Shown piece by piece: positions 14,679 through 31,688 of a DNA stretch of 64,000 nucleotides (positions within the stretch are counted from its first letter, which is position 1; every line of letters starts with the position of its first letter). A program made the position numbers and the translations under genes. The stretch spans positions 32,001 through 96,000 of the forward strand of contig CAWFQK010000004.1 in NCBI GenBank assembly GCA_963817955.1, given 5' to 3'. This DNA is from an uncultured Gemmatimonadaceae bacterium (GTDB taxonomy: Bacteria > Gemmatimonadota > Gemmatimonadetes > Gemmatimonadales > Gemmatimonadaceae). Under the pieces are notes generated by a model. That model was not told the origin of the DNA. It made no database searches and saw only the letters and a program-made list of their open reading frames with translations.

Positions 14679-16044
14679 TCGCTCCCCGAAGCAGCAGCTT
14701 CTCGAACGTATTCACGACCGGTCCGCCGTCCTTGGTGTGATCGGTCTGGGCTACGTCGGCTTGCCGCTCGCCGTCGAGTTCGCCAAGGCTGGGTTCCATG
14801 TCGTCGGCTACGACGTGAGCGAGCGCGTCTGCGCGCTCCTCATGGCGGGCGATTCGCACATCCAGGATGTCCCGGCGTCGGAAGTCGCCGCTCTCGTGCG
14901 TGCCGGCCTCTTCGAAGCGACTACGGACGAGGCCCGCCTCGGCACGACCGACGCGATCTCCATCGCCGTACCGACGCCGCTCTCCAAGACCCGCGATCCG
15001 GACATGAGCTACGTCATTGCCGCCGCGGAAACGGCCACACGCGTCGCGCATACGGGCATGCTCGTGATCCTCGAGTAGCACCACCTATCCGGGCACCACG
15101 CGCGAAGTGCTGGTGCCGGCGCTCGAGCAGAAGGGGTTCACGGTGGGCGAGGATGTCTTCGTGGCGTTCAGCCCGGAGCGCGTCGATCCGGGGAACCCAG
15201 TCTATCACACCAAGAACACCCCCAAGGTGGTCGGCGGCATCACGCCGGCCTGTACCGCGCTCGCCACAGCGGTGTACGGCAGTTGCATCGACACCATCGT
15301 TTCCGTCTCCAGCGCCCGAGGCGGCCGAGCTGGTCAAGTTGCTCGAGAACACCTTCCGCTCGGTCAACATTGGCATGGTCAACGAGATGGCGATCGTGTG
15401 CGACAGGCTCGGCGTCGACGTGTGGGAAGTGATCGACGCGGCGGCCACGAAGCCTTTCGGTTTCATGAAATTCACGCCCGGCCCGGGCATCGGCGGCCAC
15501 TGCATTCCGCTCGACCCGCACTATCTCGCGTGGAAGATGCGGACGCTCAACTACAAGACCCGATTCATCGATCTGGCGAGCGAGATCAACAGCCAGATGC
15601 CTGCGTTCGTGGTGGAGAAGGTGAGCCACGGGTTGAACGGGACCGCAAGCCGGTGAACGGGAGCCAGATCTGGTGCTGGGAGTGGCATACAAGACGAGAC
15701 ATCGACGACATGCGGGAAAGCCCGGCCTTGGACGTGATCCGGCTGCTCGAAGAGCAGGGGGCGACAGTGTCATTCCACGACCCGTACATCGCGTGCCTCC
15801 GCGAGGAGGGGCACGTGCGTGAGGGCGTGCCGCTCACGCGCGCGGTGCTCGAGGCGGCCGACGCCGTGGTGATCGTGACGGACCATACGCAGGTCGATTA
15901 CCAGCGCTCGTGATGGACCACGCGAGCCTCATCATCGACAGCCGCAACGTCACTCGAGGTATGGTCAAGACGAGAGCGCGTGTCGTGTCCCTCGCCTCGG
16001 CCCGTCCGGGTGTGGGCACGCCGAACCAGGTATCGGCATCGTGA
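14668..16044 (+). CDS. WbpA-like UDP-GlcNAc 6-dehydrogenase (indels)
   Basis: VIGLGYVGLPLA, AVPTP, ESTTYPG, FSPERVDPG, GIGGHCIPLDP, D.RESP. Confidence 0.85.
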
Positions 16045-17391
16045 ACATCACCGTCATCGGAACGGGCTACGTCGGGCTGGTCGTCGGCGCCTGTCTCGCC
16101 GAGACCGGGCAATCAGGTGGTCTGCGCGGACATCGACCAAGCGAAGATCGACGGGCTGCAAGCAGAACGTCCTGCCGATCTACGAGCCGGGGCTCGAGGA
16201 GCTCGTCGAGCGCAACCAGAAGCGCATGGGCGCCTGACGCTTCACCACCGACGTCGCCGGCGGCGATTGCGGCGAGCCGAGTCGTGTTCATCGCCGTCGG
16301 CACGCCGCCCGACGAGGACGGCTCGGCGGACCTCCGCCACGTGCTCGCGGTGGCGGAGACGATCGGCCAGAGCCATGACGCGCGAGCTGGTGGTCGTCAC
16401 GAAGTCCACCGTGCCCGTTGGCACGGCGGCCAAGGTGCAGGCGGCTGTCGCGCGAGCACGCGCGCTTTCCGTTCCACGTGGTGTCGAACCCCGAGTTCCT
16501 CAAGGAGGGCGCGGCGGTCGACGACTTCATGAAGCCGGACCGCGTCGTGCTCGGCGCCGAGACGCGACCAGGCGCGCAGCGTGATGGCCGAGCTGTACGC
16601 GCCGTTCGTGCGCACGGGGAAGCCGATCATCTTCATGGACGTCCCGTCGGCGGAGATGACCAAGTACGCGGCGAACGCCATGCTGGCCACGCGCATCTCG
16701 TTCATGAACGAGATCGCCAATCTGTGCGAGCAAGTGGGCGCCAACGTCGACCTCGTGCGGAAGGGCATCGGCTCGCGACGAGCGCATCGGTCCCGCGTTC
16801 CTGTTCCCGGGCCCGGGCTACGGCGGCTCGTGCTTCCCGAAGGACGTGAAGGCGCTCGTGCGCACGACGGCGAAAGACGAGGGGAGCTGCCGATGCGCGA
16901 TTCTCGACGCGGTGGAGGACGGTGAACGAGCGACCAGAAGCACCGGCTGTTCCAGAAGCTGCAGCGCGGTGCTCGGCGCCTCGACCTGGCCGGCGCGCGC
17001 GATTGCGGTGTGGGGGCTGGCGTTCAAGCCGAAGACGGACGACATGCGCGAGGCGCCGGCGCTGACGCTGATCGAGGACGCTGCTGGCGGCGGGCGCCCG
17101 GTGGTGGCGCACGATCCGGTGGCGATGCACGAGGCGAAGCGGCGGCTGGCGCACCTGGGCGACGCGCGTCGCGTATGCGGCGGCGAACTACGACGCGCTC
17201 GAGGGCGCCGACGCGCTGGTGGTGGTCACCGACTGGAACGAGTACCGGCATCCCGACTTTGCGCGCATCAAGGCGGCGCTCAAGCGTCCGATCGTCATCG
17301 ACGGGCGCAACCTGTACGACGCCGCACCAAGCATGGCGCGACTCGGCTTCACCTACATGTCGATCGGCCGGCCGCCGTGGCGCGCGCGTGA
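16041..17391 (+). CDS. ugd: UDP-glucose 6-dehydrogenase (many indels; end approximate)
   Basis: [55 protein letters not shown]. Confidence 0.9.
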
Positions 17392-17401
17392 GCACGGCTT
17401 C

Positions 17402-18419
<1,018 letters not shown>

Positions 18420-18523
18420 TCGGTTCTGCGCGGGCATATTCGGGTCTGGCCCGAGGCGCCAGGTGGTTATCTTTCCCGGTTCGAGTTCGAACCGATGGCA
18501 CAGTAGCGGGTAGAATCCCCTAT

Positions 18524-19327
18524 ATGCACCGAACCTCCTGGAGACTCGCCGCGGCGTTGTCCATGACTGCCGCCGCAGCGTGCCGGCCGGAATTTCAGCT
18601 AAAGAATCTCACGTCGAACGAGTCGCTCTACCGCGCCTCGCTCAACGAGTACAAGCACCAGCGATGGGACAACGCCGTCACGGGGTTCGAGAAGTTGACC
18701 ACGGACCTTCCGGCCCGTGATTCGCTGCTTCCGCGCTCGTACTGGTATCTCGCGTCGGCGCATGAGCGGCAGGGAGAACATCTCCTGGCGGCACAGAGCT
18801 TCAGCCGTCTCGTCGAGACCTTCCCCGAAGACAGCTTAGCCGCGAATGCCGCTCTCGAGGCAGCGCGGTCCTACCGGCGTCTCTGGCGCAAGCCGCAGCT
18901 CGATCCGTTGTATGGGCAAACGGCGATTGCCTCGTACAACACGCTCATCGGCCTCTACCCCACGTCTCCGCTCATTCCGACGGCGCAGAAGGAGATCGGG
19001 GAACTCGAGAACTGGTTCGCCATCAAGGACTTTGACGCCGGGATGTACTATTTCCGGCGGAAGGCCTACGACTCGGGCATCCTGTACTTCAAGGATGTCC
19101 TGGCGAAGTATCCTACGACGCCGACCGCGCGCGACGCGTCGGTACGGTTGGTGGAATCGTACAAGTCGATCCGCTATCGCGAGGATGCGTCCGATCTCTG
19201 CGCGCAGATCACTCAGCAATATCCGAACGACCGCGACGTCCGCAACGTGTGCACGGGCGTGCCTCATCCGGCCGGTGCCAAGCCCGACTCGACTCCCGCC
19301 ACGCAGGCCAAACCGCCGACGTCCTGA
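18524..19327 (+). CDS. bamD: Outer membrane assembly lipoprotein BamD
   Basis: Lipobox AAAC, TPR helices, YPTSP and YY..RKAY pattern; next to nadD. Confidence 0.8.
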   Translation: MHRTSWRLAAALSMTAAAACRPEFQLKNLTSNESLYRASLNEYKHQRWDNAVTGFEKLTTDLPARDSLLPRSYWYLASAHERQGEHLLAAQSFSRLVETFPEDSLAANAALEAARSYRRLWRKPQLDPLYGQTAIASYNTLIGLYPTSPLIPTAQKEIGELENWFAIKDFDAGMYYFRRKAYDSGILYFKDVLAKYPTTPTARDASVRLVESYKSIRYREDASDLCAQITQQYPNDRDVRNVCTGVPHPAGAKPDSTPATQAKPPTS

Positions 19328-19330
19328 TCC

Positions 19331-19904
19331 GTGCGGATCGGGCTTCTCGGGGGGAGTTTCGACCCTCCTCATAACGGCCATTTGCTCGCCGCCGGCGATG
19401 CCTTCGAGGCGCTCGAACTCGACCGTCTCGTTTTCATCCCGGCCGCCGTCCAGCCGCTGAAGGCTGGTCAAGCGGCGGCAACCTCGGCGCAGCGGCTCGA
19501 GATGGTGCGGCGTCTCGTCGATGACGACGCACGCTTCGAGCTCGATCCGGTCGAGATAGAGCGGGGCGGTTTATCTTATACGGTTGACACTTTGTCAGAC
19601 CCTGGCGGGGCGTTGGCCGATGGCCGAGCTGTTCTGGCTGGTCGGAGCCGACGTTCCACAATCGTTCGCCAAATGGCGGGAACCTGAACGGATCGTCGCG
19701 TTGGCGACCGTGGTGGTCATGCAGCGGACCGCAGAGGTGCCGAACCTCTCGGTCATGCCTGGGACGCCGCAGTTGCTGGCCACACGCCGGATCGACATCT
19801 CTTCGACGGAGATTCGCGCGCGGGTGAACGCAGGGCAAGTCGATCCGTGGTTTCGTGCCGGAGCCGGTGCCGACTATATCCTGTCGGAGCGGCTGTACCG
19901 ATAG
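19331..19904 (+). CDS. nadD: Nicotinate-nucleotide adenylyltransferase (indels)
   Basis: GGSFDPPHNGH, SYTVDTL, GAD, ISSTEIR. Confidence 0.93.
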
Positions 19905-19914
19905 GGGAGACTGT

Positions 19915-23254
<3,340 letters not shown>

Positions 23255-23415
23255 TCGTGCCAAGCGGCGAGTGATTGGCCCCGGCGACCAGCGCGTGCTG
23301 GTGCGCCGGAGCGATGGAGCGCCCAGTGGCTATCGGGGTATGAGTGCGTGGGATTGATGGTGAACTCAGTGCCGACCAGGTGCAGATATCCGAATTCCCA
23401 TATCGGAGCCCCTGC

Positions 23416-24120
23416 ATGGCTGGCCCGGAAGCGGCAAAAGCGTTAAGTATTCGAGAGTTGCCTCGATCAGAGCGGCCGCGGGAGCGGCTCGTCGATCTCG
23501 GCGCGGCATCGCTCAGCAGCGCAGAGCTGCTCGCGATCCTGCTCGGTTCGGGAAGTGTCGGTCGCACGGCGCTTCAGGTCGGTCAGTCTGTCCTCGCCGA
23601 AGCAGGCGGGGCGCTACGATGGATCGCGCGTCAACCGGTGGCCGCTCTCACGGCTGTCCCGGGCGTGGGAATGGCTCGTGCGGTAACGATTCATGCTTCG
23701 CTCGAATTAGGGCGGCGCATGGCGGCGGAGGGGCGCGACGACGGCTCCCCGGTGCGATCACCGCGCGATGTCATGGCGTATTTCGCGCCTCGAATGGAAG
23801 ATCTGCCGGTCGAGGAGTTTCACGTTGCTGTGCTCGACGCGCAACATCGGCTCGAGCGCGACATCACGGTCACACGTGGCATTCTGAATTCGTCCCTCGT
23901 GCATCCGCGCGAGGTGTTTCGCGAGGCCATTGCCGAGCGCGCGGCGGCGGTGATCCTCGTCCACAATCACCCGAGCGGCGATCCCTCGCCGTCGGCGGAT
24001 GACCGGGCCGTGACCGATCAACTGGTCGCGGCGGGACGGTTGCTCGACATTCCGGTGCACGACCACGTGATCATCGGACGCGGGCGGTACACGAGTTTCG
24101 CGGAGGCAGGACTCTTGTGA
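23416..24120 (+). CDS. radC: RadC (JAB-domain) family protein, full length
   Basis: RPRERL, ELLAILL, VHPREVF, VHNHPSGD, DHVIIG. Confidence 0.92.
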   Translation: MAGPEAAKALSIRELPRSERPRERLVDLGAASLSSAELLAILLGSGSVGRTALQVGQSVLAEAGGALRWIARQPVAALTAVPGVGMARAVTIHASLELGRRMAAEGRDDGSPVRSPRDVMAYFAPRMEDLPVEEFHVAVLDAQHRLERDITVTRGILNSSLVHPREVFREAIAERAAAVILVHNHPSGDPSPSADDRAVTDQLVAAGRLLDIPVHDHVIIGRGRYTSFAEAGLL

Positions 24121-26295
24121 CGGCGACGGCGGTTCGTGAAGGCGATTTCATTCCGGGCTGGGGCGAGGATGAGCTTCCGTTGCATGAGAAGCTCGACCGC
24201 GACCTGCTCGTGCACGCCTATCAGTACAGCGAATCCGCGCACCGTCGGGCAGCTGCGCAACTCCGGCGACCCCTATATCACCCACTCGGTGGAGGTCGCC
24301 AAGATCCTGGCCGGCCTCCAGCTCGACTCGATCACGGTGGCCAGCGGGCTGCTGCACGACGTCATCGAGGACACGACGTTCACGCTGGCCGATGTGGAGC
24401 GCGAGTTCGGGCGCGAGATCGCAGCCATCGTCGATGGCCTGACGAAGATCGCCAAGCTGCCGACCGGCGGCTCGACCCAGGAGCGGCAGGTCGAGAGCTA
24501 CCGCAAACTGCTCCTGTCGATCGCCAAGGACGCGCGCGTCATCATCGTCAAGCTGGCGGATCGTCTGCACAATATGCGGACGCTCGATTGGCTCGCGCCG
24601 GAGAAGCGCCGCCGCATCGCACAGGAGACGCGCGATCTCTACGCGCCGCTCGCCCACCGATTCGGCATGGCGAAGCTGCGGTGGGAACTCGAGGACCTCG
24701 CGTTCAAGCATCTCGAAACGGAAGAGTATAAAGCCCTCGCCAAACAGGTGTCCCAGAAACGGAACGAGCGCGAGGCGCTCATCCGCCAGCTGGCGGAGCC
24801 GTTGAGCATCTCGCTGGCCAAGGCCGGCATCGCGAACGTCGAGGTCAGTGGGCGGCCGAAGCACCTGTGGTCGATCTACAAGAAGATGAAACAACGCGAA
24901 AAGCCGTACGAGGAGATTTACGATCTCCTCGCCATTCGCGTGCTCGTCAACACGGTGCCCGACTGCTACCATGCGCTCGGCATCATTCACGACGGGTGGA
25001 CGCCGGTGCAGGAGCGAATCAAGGATTACATCGCGCAGCCGAAGTCCAATGGCTATCAATCGCTGCATACCACGGTGTTCGGACCAGGGCGGCAATTGTA
25101 CGAAGTACAGATCCGCACCCGCGACATGCATCGCACCGCGGACTATGGCATCGCCGCGCACTGGCGCTACAAGGAGGACGCGAAGAGCGATGATCTCGAT
25201 CGCCACCTCTCTTGGTTCCGGCAGGTGCTCGAACTGCAGATGGACGCCAAGACTCCGGACGAGTTCCTGGAGTTCCTCAAGCTCGACTTGTACCAAGACG
25301 AGATCTTTGTCTTCACGCCGACCGGCGACGTCATCCAGCTTCCAAAGGGCGCGACGCCCCTCGATTTCGCCTTCGCCGTGCACACGGAAGTTGGTATCCA
25401 CACCGCGGGCGCGAAGGTCAACGGCCGCATCGCTCCACTTTCCCGGCCGCTCCGCAACTCGGAGACGGTCGAGATCATCACATCGACGACGGCCAAGCCG
25501 ACGCGGGACTGGCTAGCCCATGTGCGAACCGGCCGCGCGCGGCACAAGATCCGTCAGGTGCTCAAGCGCGACGCGCAGACGTCTGCCGAAAAGCTCGGCC
25601 GGGAAATGCTCGACCGCGAGGTGAAGCGCCGGCGGCTTGCTCGTGCCAGTGAGGATGAGCTCGACCGGGCCGCGGTTGCGCTCAGCCTGACTGATTCTAC
25701 GCATCTGTTGGCGTCGATTGGTCAGGGCGACGTCAACGTCACGTTGGCCATCAAGCATATCTATCCAGAGGCCGAGGACCTGGACGGTGCGAAACCCAAC
25801 GTGTTCGAGCGCTTCGTGGATCGGGTGCGCGGCACGAATACCAAAGGTGTGCGCATTCAGGGCGTGGACGGCCTCATGGTCCGGTACGCGCAGTGTTGTC
25901 AGCCGGTGCCGGGTGACCCGGTGGTCGGATACGTGACGCGCGGACGCGGCGTCAGCATCCATCGCGCTGATTGTCCGAATCTGTTGCTGTTGGCGCACGA
26001 GCCGGAACGTCGGCTCGAGATCGACTGGCAGGAAGCGCAGGGCGAGCGATTCGTTGTGCGGCTGGCGCTCGAAGGGACCGATCGGCGCGGTCTCTATGCC
26101 GACGTTGCGGCCGCCGTGAGCTCTACCGGCACGGACATGAAGAGCATGGACCTGCGCAGCACCGACGGCCGCACCAGCGGATCCATGCTCGTGGAAGTGG
26201 AGAACCTCGCGCATCTCGAGAAGATCATCCGCGCGACGCGGCGCGTGAAAGGCATCGCCGAGGTTGCGCGCCGGGAGCGACTGACGACGGATTAG
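24117..26295 (+). CDS. relA/spoT: Bifunctional (p)ppGpp synthetase/hydrolase (one indel near 24240)
   Basis: LLHDVIED, KLADRLHNMRTL, GRPKHLWSI, NGYQSLHT, TGS and ACT domains. Confidence 0.95.
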
Positions 26296-26311
26296 GCCCA
26301 CCCGTCGCCGC

Positions 26312-28393
26312 TCAACGGTTCGACCGACCGATCTGTTGGGACGCGAGTTTCTCCAGCCATGGATCGTTCTTCGGCGAGCTCACGATCGATGTCAGCCGTA
26401 CGGCCGACACGTCGAGGCGCGCACCCGGAAGCAGCGAGTATGTCTGCCAGTGCAAGACTGGCGTCGCGCCGCGGACCACGAGGAGCGGAAAGCGCGTCCT
26501 CATGGTGTACGGATCGATCGTCACGGGGTTCCGCTGGATCGCGCCGGTAGCGGTGACGAGATAGCGCGGCGTGGCACCGACGATCGGCAGCCACTGCAAC
26601 GGGTTGTGTGTGCGGTATTGCAACTCGACCTGGAGAAGCACGAGGGTGGGCCCTTCGTTCGCCGACGCGATCGTCGGCAGCCGAAGGCTATCGGTACCGG
26701 CGGCAACCGTGGACCATCCCAGCAGCACCGGGGCTGGCAACTCGGCGGCGCGGCGTTCCCAGAACAATGACCACGGCGTGTGACCGACCAGCTCGTAGTT
26801 GCGAAGCAACTCGACGTAGAAGTCCCAGCTCGTGTCCTCGATCCACGCTTCGTACTGAGTGTAGAGGGGATCGACGGTCTGTACGAGCCGCGGCTTCACG
26901 CGGCGGAAATCGTCGACGTACTTCGCGCGGTTCTGTGGTCCGAGGGCGTGAATGATGTAGTCCACGGATGGATGGAACAGACCGTTGCGCGCCTCGAGCA
27001 GACCTGCGTAGGTGGACCACAACACGGGGGGGCGGCCCGACGCGTCGCGTCGTGAGTCGAGCATGGCTTGCCCCGCGACGATGGTCTGCGGCCAGATGCC
27101 GTCGTACACAGCGCCGACGCGGTGCAGCAGATGATCGCGCACCATGTGCGGGATCGTGACGCGGACCGTGTCGATAATCGCCGGGACGAGCACGACGGCG
27201 TATAGCGCCGACGCACAGGCGACCATGAACGTCGATCGGCTCACGCCGCATAACGGGCGGCGTCCCAACCGTGCGTCGCGCCGGACGAGCTGGTGATCCA
27301 GGTAGACGGCTCCAAGCAGCAGCAGCACCCGAAGGAGTGGCTGCACATAGGCGTTGACGAACGTGCCAAGGAGCGATGCGCAGGAGATCAGCCCATACAG
27401 CGCGAGGACCGTGAACGCGAACTCGCGTCGCCGCGCAGTGCCGGAGTCGCTTCGCCACAACCGTCGCATGGTGAGGCACACGGCGGCGATGCCTGCAAAC
27501 AGCGTAAGCGGGATGCGGGGAATCGCTGCCAGCATGGCCGGCAGCGTGCCCCAGCTCGACAGGAAGAGGTTCGGTGGCGCGCCGAAGTACCAATACTGAT
27601 CTTTGGGGACGAGTGAGAAGTTGTACCGCAGCGCGCCGCGCATGCCGTCCGTGCCACCGAGCAGCGTGAGCAGCGAGACGAGTGTGACCATCGCGATCGC
27701 GACCATGGCCGCGCCGTCCACGAGGTATTCGCGCCGTTCGCCGTTCCGGCCGCGCCGGAGCGATGCGACGATGGTCGCCAGCACGACGGCCATCACCGCG
27801 GCGAGCCCCTGCTCAGTGCTCATGACCAATGCGGCACCAAGTACAATGCCGGCGATCACCGTACGCATGGATCGGCGGACGGAGAGGCACAGGAAGATCG
27901 GCACCAGCGTTGGGAGCGTCGAACGGACGCCGAGCAGGCTGTTGAGGGCCACGAGCATCGGTGCCATGCGCAGCCCGATCGAGAGCGCCATCACGATGCC
28001 GGACCACACGAGCGCGCGCGTCCAATTGCCAATGAAGAATCGCAGAAACGCGATCAGCGTGATCGGATAGAGCACCGCCGTCACGAGCTCGCGGGTGATT
28101 TCGGAGGCGAAGAAGGTGCCGCCGAGCAGGCGGAACGGGATGTAGTGGAGAAACGGAATCCCGAGCCCGTGGAAGAACTGAAAATCCACGCCGGCCCGCT
28201 GCCCCGCATAGATCCGTCGGAGTGCGTTGTAGAGCTGGAACGGTCCGTCGATGGCCGAGCCCTGGAAATGGAGCGCAGTCTCCAAGCCGTCCACGACCAT
28301 TACGACGGAGAAGAACGCGAAGAACAACGCGAAGAACAACGCCCAGCCAGTCGTGGCGGCGCGGGAGGTCCGAGACGGCTCCGGCACGATCAC
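26312..28393 (-). CDS. Multi-pass membrane protein with a C-terminal soluble domain; possibly a GT-C-fold glycosyltransferase
   Basis: Intact 693-aa ORF with many hydrophobic segments; first loop [25 protein letters not shown]. Confidence 0.55.
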   Translation of the reverse strand: MIVPEPSRTSRAATTGWALFFALFFAFFSVVMVVDGLETALHFQGSAIDGPFQLYNALRRIYAGQRAGVDFQFFHGLGIPFLHYIPFRLLGGTFFASEITRELVTAVLYPITLIAFLRFFIGNWTRALVWSGIVMALSIGLRMAPMLVALNSLLGVRSTLPTLVPIFLCLSVRRSMRTVIAGIVLGAALVMSTEQGLAAVMAVVLATIVASLRRGRNGERREYLVDGAAMVAIAMVTLVSLLTLLGGTDGMRGALRYNFSLVPKDQYWYFGAPPNLFLSSWGTLPAMLAAIPRIPLTLFAGIAAVCLTMRRLWRSDSGTARRREFAFTVLALYGLISCASLLGTFVNAYVQPLLRVLLLLGAVYLDHQLVRRDARLGRRPLCGVSRSTFMVACASALYAVVLVPAIIDTVRVTIPHMVRDHLLHRVGAVYDGIWPQTIVAGQAMLDSRRDASGRPPVLWSTYAGLLEARNGLFHPSVDYIIHALGPQNRAKYVDDFRRVKPRLVQTVDPLYTQYEAWIEDTSWDFYVELLRNYELVGHTPWSLFWERRAAELPAPVLLGWSTVAAGTDSLRLPTIASANEGPTLVLLQVELQYRTHNPLQWLPIVGATPRYLVTATGAIQRNPVTIDPYTMRTRFPLLVVRGATPVLHWQTYSLLPGARLDVSAVRLTSIVSSPKNDPWLEKLASQQIGRSNR

Positions 28394-28501
28394 GAGGTCC
28401 GCGTTCGCCGATGTGGGTCGGTCACTGCTTGCATGTCGAAGAAGGCTACGAGGTGGGTTCGGGCGCTGGTCCTGGCAGACCGAACAAAACCCGACACAGT
28501 G

Positions 28502-28510
28502 TGTTATATT
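28502..28510 (+). promoter_or_regulatory. Extended -10-like element upstream of uvrB (possible leaderless start)
   Basis: TG-T-TATATT ends 6 nt before ATG 28517; no SD. Confidence 0.4.
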
Positions 28511-28516
28511 CTAGCG

Positions 28517-30571
28517 ATGCCGTTCGCCGAGTTCGATCTCCAGGCCCCGTTCCAGCCAGCAGGCGATCAGCCACGAGCGATCGCCGAGCTGTCTGCGGGT
28601 TTGGCGCGCGGGGATCGCTTTCAAACGCTGCTCGGTGTCACGGGCTCCGGCAAGACCATGACGATGGCCAACGTCATCAAACAGCTTGGCCGCCCGACAT
28701 TGGTCATGTCCCACAACAAGACGCTCGCCGCACAGCTGTATGGCGAACTGAAGAGCTTCTTTCCGCACAACGCTGTCGAGTACTTCATCTCGTACTACGA
28801 CTACTACCAGCCGGAAGCGTACGTCCCGACGACGGACACGTACATCGAAAAGGATGCGTCGATCAACGAGGACATTGACCGCCTCCGACTGCGCGCCACG
28901 TCGAGCCTGATGGAGCGTGAGGACGTCATCATCGTCGCCACGGTTTCGGCAATCTACGGCCTTGGCGATCCGGTGTCATACCGCGAGCAGATGGTGACGC
29001 TCACGACGGGCCAGAAGATCGACCGTGACGAGATCCTGCGCTCGCTCGTGCGCATTCAGTACGGGCGCAACGACGTCTCGTTCGAGCGGGGTACCTTCCG
29101 GGTGCGCGGCGACACGGTCGAGATCTTTCCGGCGTACGAGGAGCAGGGCGTTCGTGTCGAGATGTGGGGAAACGAGATCGAGCGGATTTCGAAGATCAAC
29201 GTGCTCACCGGCGAGACGATCGCGCAACTCGAGCGCGCGGCGATCTATCCGGCGAAGCATTTCGTGACACAGCGGTCAACGCTCGAGCGCGCCGTGAAGC
29301 TCATTCAATCGGAGCTTGCCGTCCGACTTGGCGAGTTGCGCGCCGCGGGCAAGCTGCTCGAGGCGCAGCGGCTCGAGTCGCGGACGAACTTCGATGTCGA
29401 AATGATGCTGGAGATCGGCACCTGCGCCGGCATTGAGAACTATTCGCGCCACCTCGCCGGACGTGAGGCAGGCGAGCGGCCGGCCTGCCTGTTCGACTAT
29501 TTCCCCGAGGATTTCCTCGTGGTGATCGACGAGTCGCACGTCACGCTGCCGCAGGTGTCCGGCATGTTCAACGGCGACCGCGCGCGCAAGCTGACGCTGG
29601 TCGAGTACGGGTTTCGCCTACCGAGCGCGCTCGACAACCGGCCACTCATGTTCGATGAGTTCCTCTCGTTGACGCCGCGGGCCGTCTTCGTGTCGGCGAC
29701 GCCGAGCGATCTCGAGCTGCGGTTGTCCGAAGGCGTGGTGGTGGAGCAGATCATCCGGCCGACGGGACTGGTGGATCCGGAAATCGAAATCCGCTCGGTG
29801 CGAGGCCAGGTGGACGATCTGTTGAACGAGATCCGCATTCGCGAGCGAAAGGGAGAGCGGGTCCTGGTGACCACGCTCACGAAGCGCATGTCCGAGGACC
29901 TCACCGACTATCTGCAACAGGTTGGCGTGCGTGTGCGCTACATGCACTCCGACATCGATGCGATCGAGCGCGTGGAGATCATCCGCGGCCTCCGCCTGGG
30001 CGAATTCGACGTGCTCGTCGGCATCAATCTGCTGCGCGAAGGTCTCGATCTCCCGGAAGTGTCGCTCGTGGCGATTCTCGACGCGGATCAGGAAGGATTT
30101 CTGCGCAGCGACCGGTCGCTCATCCAGACGGTGGGCCGCGCGGCGCGCAACGCCCACGGTCGGGCGATCTTCTACGCCGACAGGATAACGGGATCAATGC
30201 AGCGCTGTATGGAGGAGACGGAGCGCCGGCGCGAGATTCAACGGGCGCACAACGAGGAACATGGCATCACGCCCACCACGGTCAGCAAGAGCGTGGATGA
30301 GGTGCGGTTCAGTACGCGCGTCGCTGACGCCCGCGCAGAGCGTGACGAAAAGGAGAGGAAGCAGGTGGCGGAGCCGGCGCGCGGGTACGCGATCATGGAC
30401 GCCGCGTCACTCGAGAAGATGCTCGACGAGCAGATGCGTGAAGCGGCTGCGGCCATGGACTTCGAGTTGGCCGCGCAGCTTCGCGATCAGCTGTTCGAGT
30501 TGCGCGCCAAGCGTGACGGCAACACGACACGAACTCGCGTGGCGGCGAGCGGCGGACGAGGCGGACGATAG
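28517..30571 (+). CDS. uvrB: Excinuclease ABC subunit B
   Basis: [39 protein letters not shown]-terminal UVR. Confidence 0.97.
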   Translation: MPFAEFDLQAPFQPAGDQPRAIAELSAGLARGDRFQTLLGVTGSGKTMTMANVIKQLGRPTLVMSHNKTLAAQLYGELKSFFPHNAVEYFISYYDYYQPEAYVPTTDTYIEKDASINEDIDRLRLRATSSLMEREDVIIVATVSAIYGLGDPVSYREQMVTLTTGQKIDRDEILRSLVRIQYGRNDVSFERGTFRVRGDTVEIFPAYEEQGVRVEMWGNEIERISKINVLTGETIAQLERAAIYPAKHFVTQRSTLERAVKLIQSELAVRLGELRAAGKLLEAQRLESRTNFDVEMMLEIGTCAGIENYSRHLAGREAGERPACLFDYFPEDFLVVIDESHVTLPQVSGMFNGDRARKLTLVEYGFRLPSALDNRPLMFDEFLSLTPRAVFVSATPSDLELRLSEGVVVEQIIRPTGLVDPEIEIRSVRGQVDDLLNEIRIRERKGERVLVTTLTKRMSEDLTDYLQQVGVRVRYMHSDIDAIERVEIIRGLRLGEFDVLVGINLLREGLDLPEVSLVAILDADQEGFLRSDRSLIQTVGRAARNAHGRAIFYADRITGSMQRCMEETERRREIQRAHNEEHGITPTTVSKSVDEVRFSTRVADARAERDEKERKQVAEPARGYAIMDAASLEKMLDEQMREAAAAMDFELAAQLRDQLFELRAKRDGNTTRTRVAASGGRGGR

Positions 30572-31032
30572 TGCCGCACGCTCCAATCATCCCGCCATTG
30601 GCCAGCCAAGGCCGTCTCGCCTGCGACGAATCCGAGCTCAAAGCCTGGGGCGAGCAATTCGGGCATATCGCCTTGCCGCCGCTCGTCGTGACGATCAGCG
30701 GTGAGCTCGGGGCCGGCAAGACGACGCTCGTCAAGGCGATCTGCCGCGGCTACGGCGTCACCGACGACGTCACGAGTCCGACCTACGCGCTCGTGCATCA
30801 GTACCACTCCCCGCGTTCGGCGGTCTATCATCTCGATCTGTATCGCCTCGCAAACATGGCGGAGTTGACGAACCTGGCTTGGGATGAGATCCTCGCGGAG
30901 GAGGCGCTGGTGCTCATCGAGTGGCCGGAGCGGGCGGGGGATCGCATTCCCCGCGTGCACGTGCCGATCAGCCTGCAGCATCTGCCCAACGACCCCGCGC
31001 GACGTCTGCTCTACGCAGGGGGGCATGTATGA
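30571..31032 (+). CDS. tsaE: t6A biosynthesis ATPase TsaE
   Basis: GELGAGKTT, VTSPTY, HLDLYRL, IEW. Confidence 0.93.
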   Translation: MPHAPIIPPLASQGRLACDESELKAWGEQFGHIALPPLVVTISGELGAGKTTLVKAICRGYGVTDDVTSPTYALVHQYHSPRSAVYHLDLYRLANMAELTNLAWDEILAEEALVLIEWPERAGDRIPRVHVPISLQHLPNDPARRLLYAGGHV

Positions 31033-31688
31033 TCACGCTGGCACTGGACGCGTCTACGTACGCGGGAGACGTCGCGGTGCTGGACGGGACGCGCGTGCTG
31101 GCGGAGGAGGGGGTGGCGATGAAGGGCGCCGAACACGAGCGACTGATGCCGGCGGCCGCCGACTGTCTTCGCCGCGCAGGCGTCGCGATTGGCGATGTAC
31201 AGCGCGTCGTTTGCGGAGCGGGGCCTGGGAGCTTTACGAGCCTTCGCATTGCCAGCGCGATCGCCAAGGGGATCGCAACCGGTGTTGGGTGCCCGTTGTA
31301 CGCGGTGCCCTCCCTGGCGCTGGTGATCGGCGGAGCGGATCTCCCGCTTGGCCGGTATCTCGCGGCGCTCGACGCCCTTCGTGGGGAGCTCTATGTCGGA
31401 TTGCTCGACCTGACGTTGGACAGCGTTGTGGAGGTGGAACGTGCGCGCCTGATCCTGGCCGCGTCGGTGACCGGCGTGGCCGAGGAATACGGCGCGATGA
31501 TTGTCAGTCCGGCGCCGATCGACGGCGGAATCATGGCCGGGCCGCGGGCGCGGGCGGTCACGAAGCTCGAGGCGTTGCTTGCCGAGCGCGGCCCAGTAGA
31601 CCTGGGGACCTGGGAGCCGTCCTACGGCCGGCTCGCCGAGGCGCAGGTGCGATGGGAGTCGGCCCACGGTCGGCCGTTGCCCGCCTGA
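31029..31688 (+). CDS. tsaB: t6A biosynthesis protein TsaB
   Basis: LALDAS, GPGSFTSLRI, DA.RGE. Confidence 0.9.
   Translation: MITLALDASTYAGDVAVLDGTRVLAEEGVAMKGAEHERLMPAAADCLRRAGVAIGDVQRVVCGAGPGSFTSLRIASAIAKGIATGVGCPLYAVPSLALVIGGADLPLGRYLAALDALRGELYVGLLDLTLDSVVEVERARLILAASVTGVAEEYGAMIVSPAPIDGGIMAGPRARAVTKLEALLAERGPVDLGTWEPSYGRLAEAQVRWESAHGRPLPA

Noticed and set aside
15076..15078. In-frame TAG in the wbpA-like gene as stop-codon recoding
   Set aside because: Removing one base restores the conserved LESTTYPG motif; it is an insertion, not readthrough.
18470..18495. GGTTCGAGT resembling a tRNA T-loop
   Set aside because: No cloverleaf or acceptor stem; only a small CGGTTCGA/TCGAACCG palindrome.
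23416..24120. radC as a marker of a mobile element
   Set aside because: It is the full-length chromosomal type coupled to relA/spoT; no integrase, transposase or att-like repeats are nearby.
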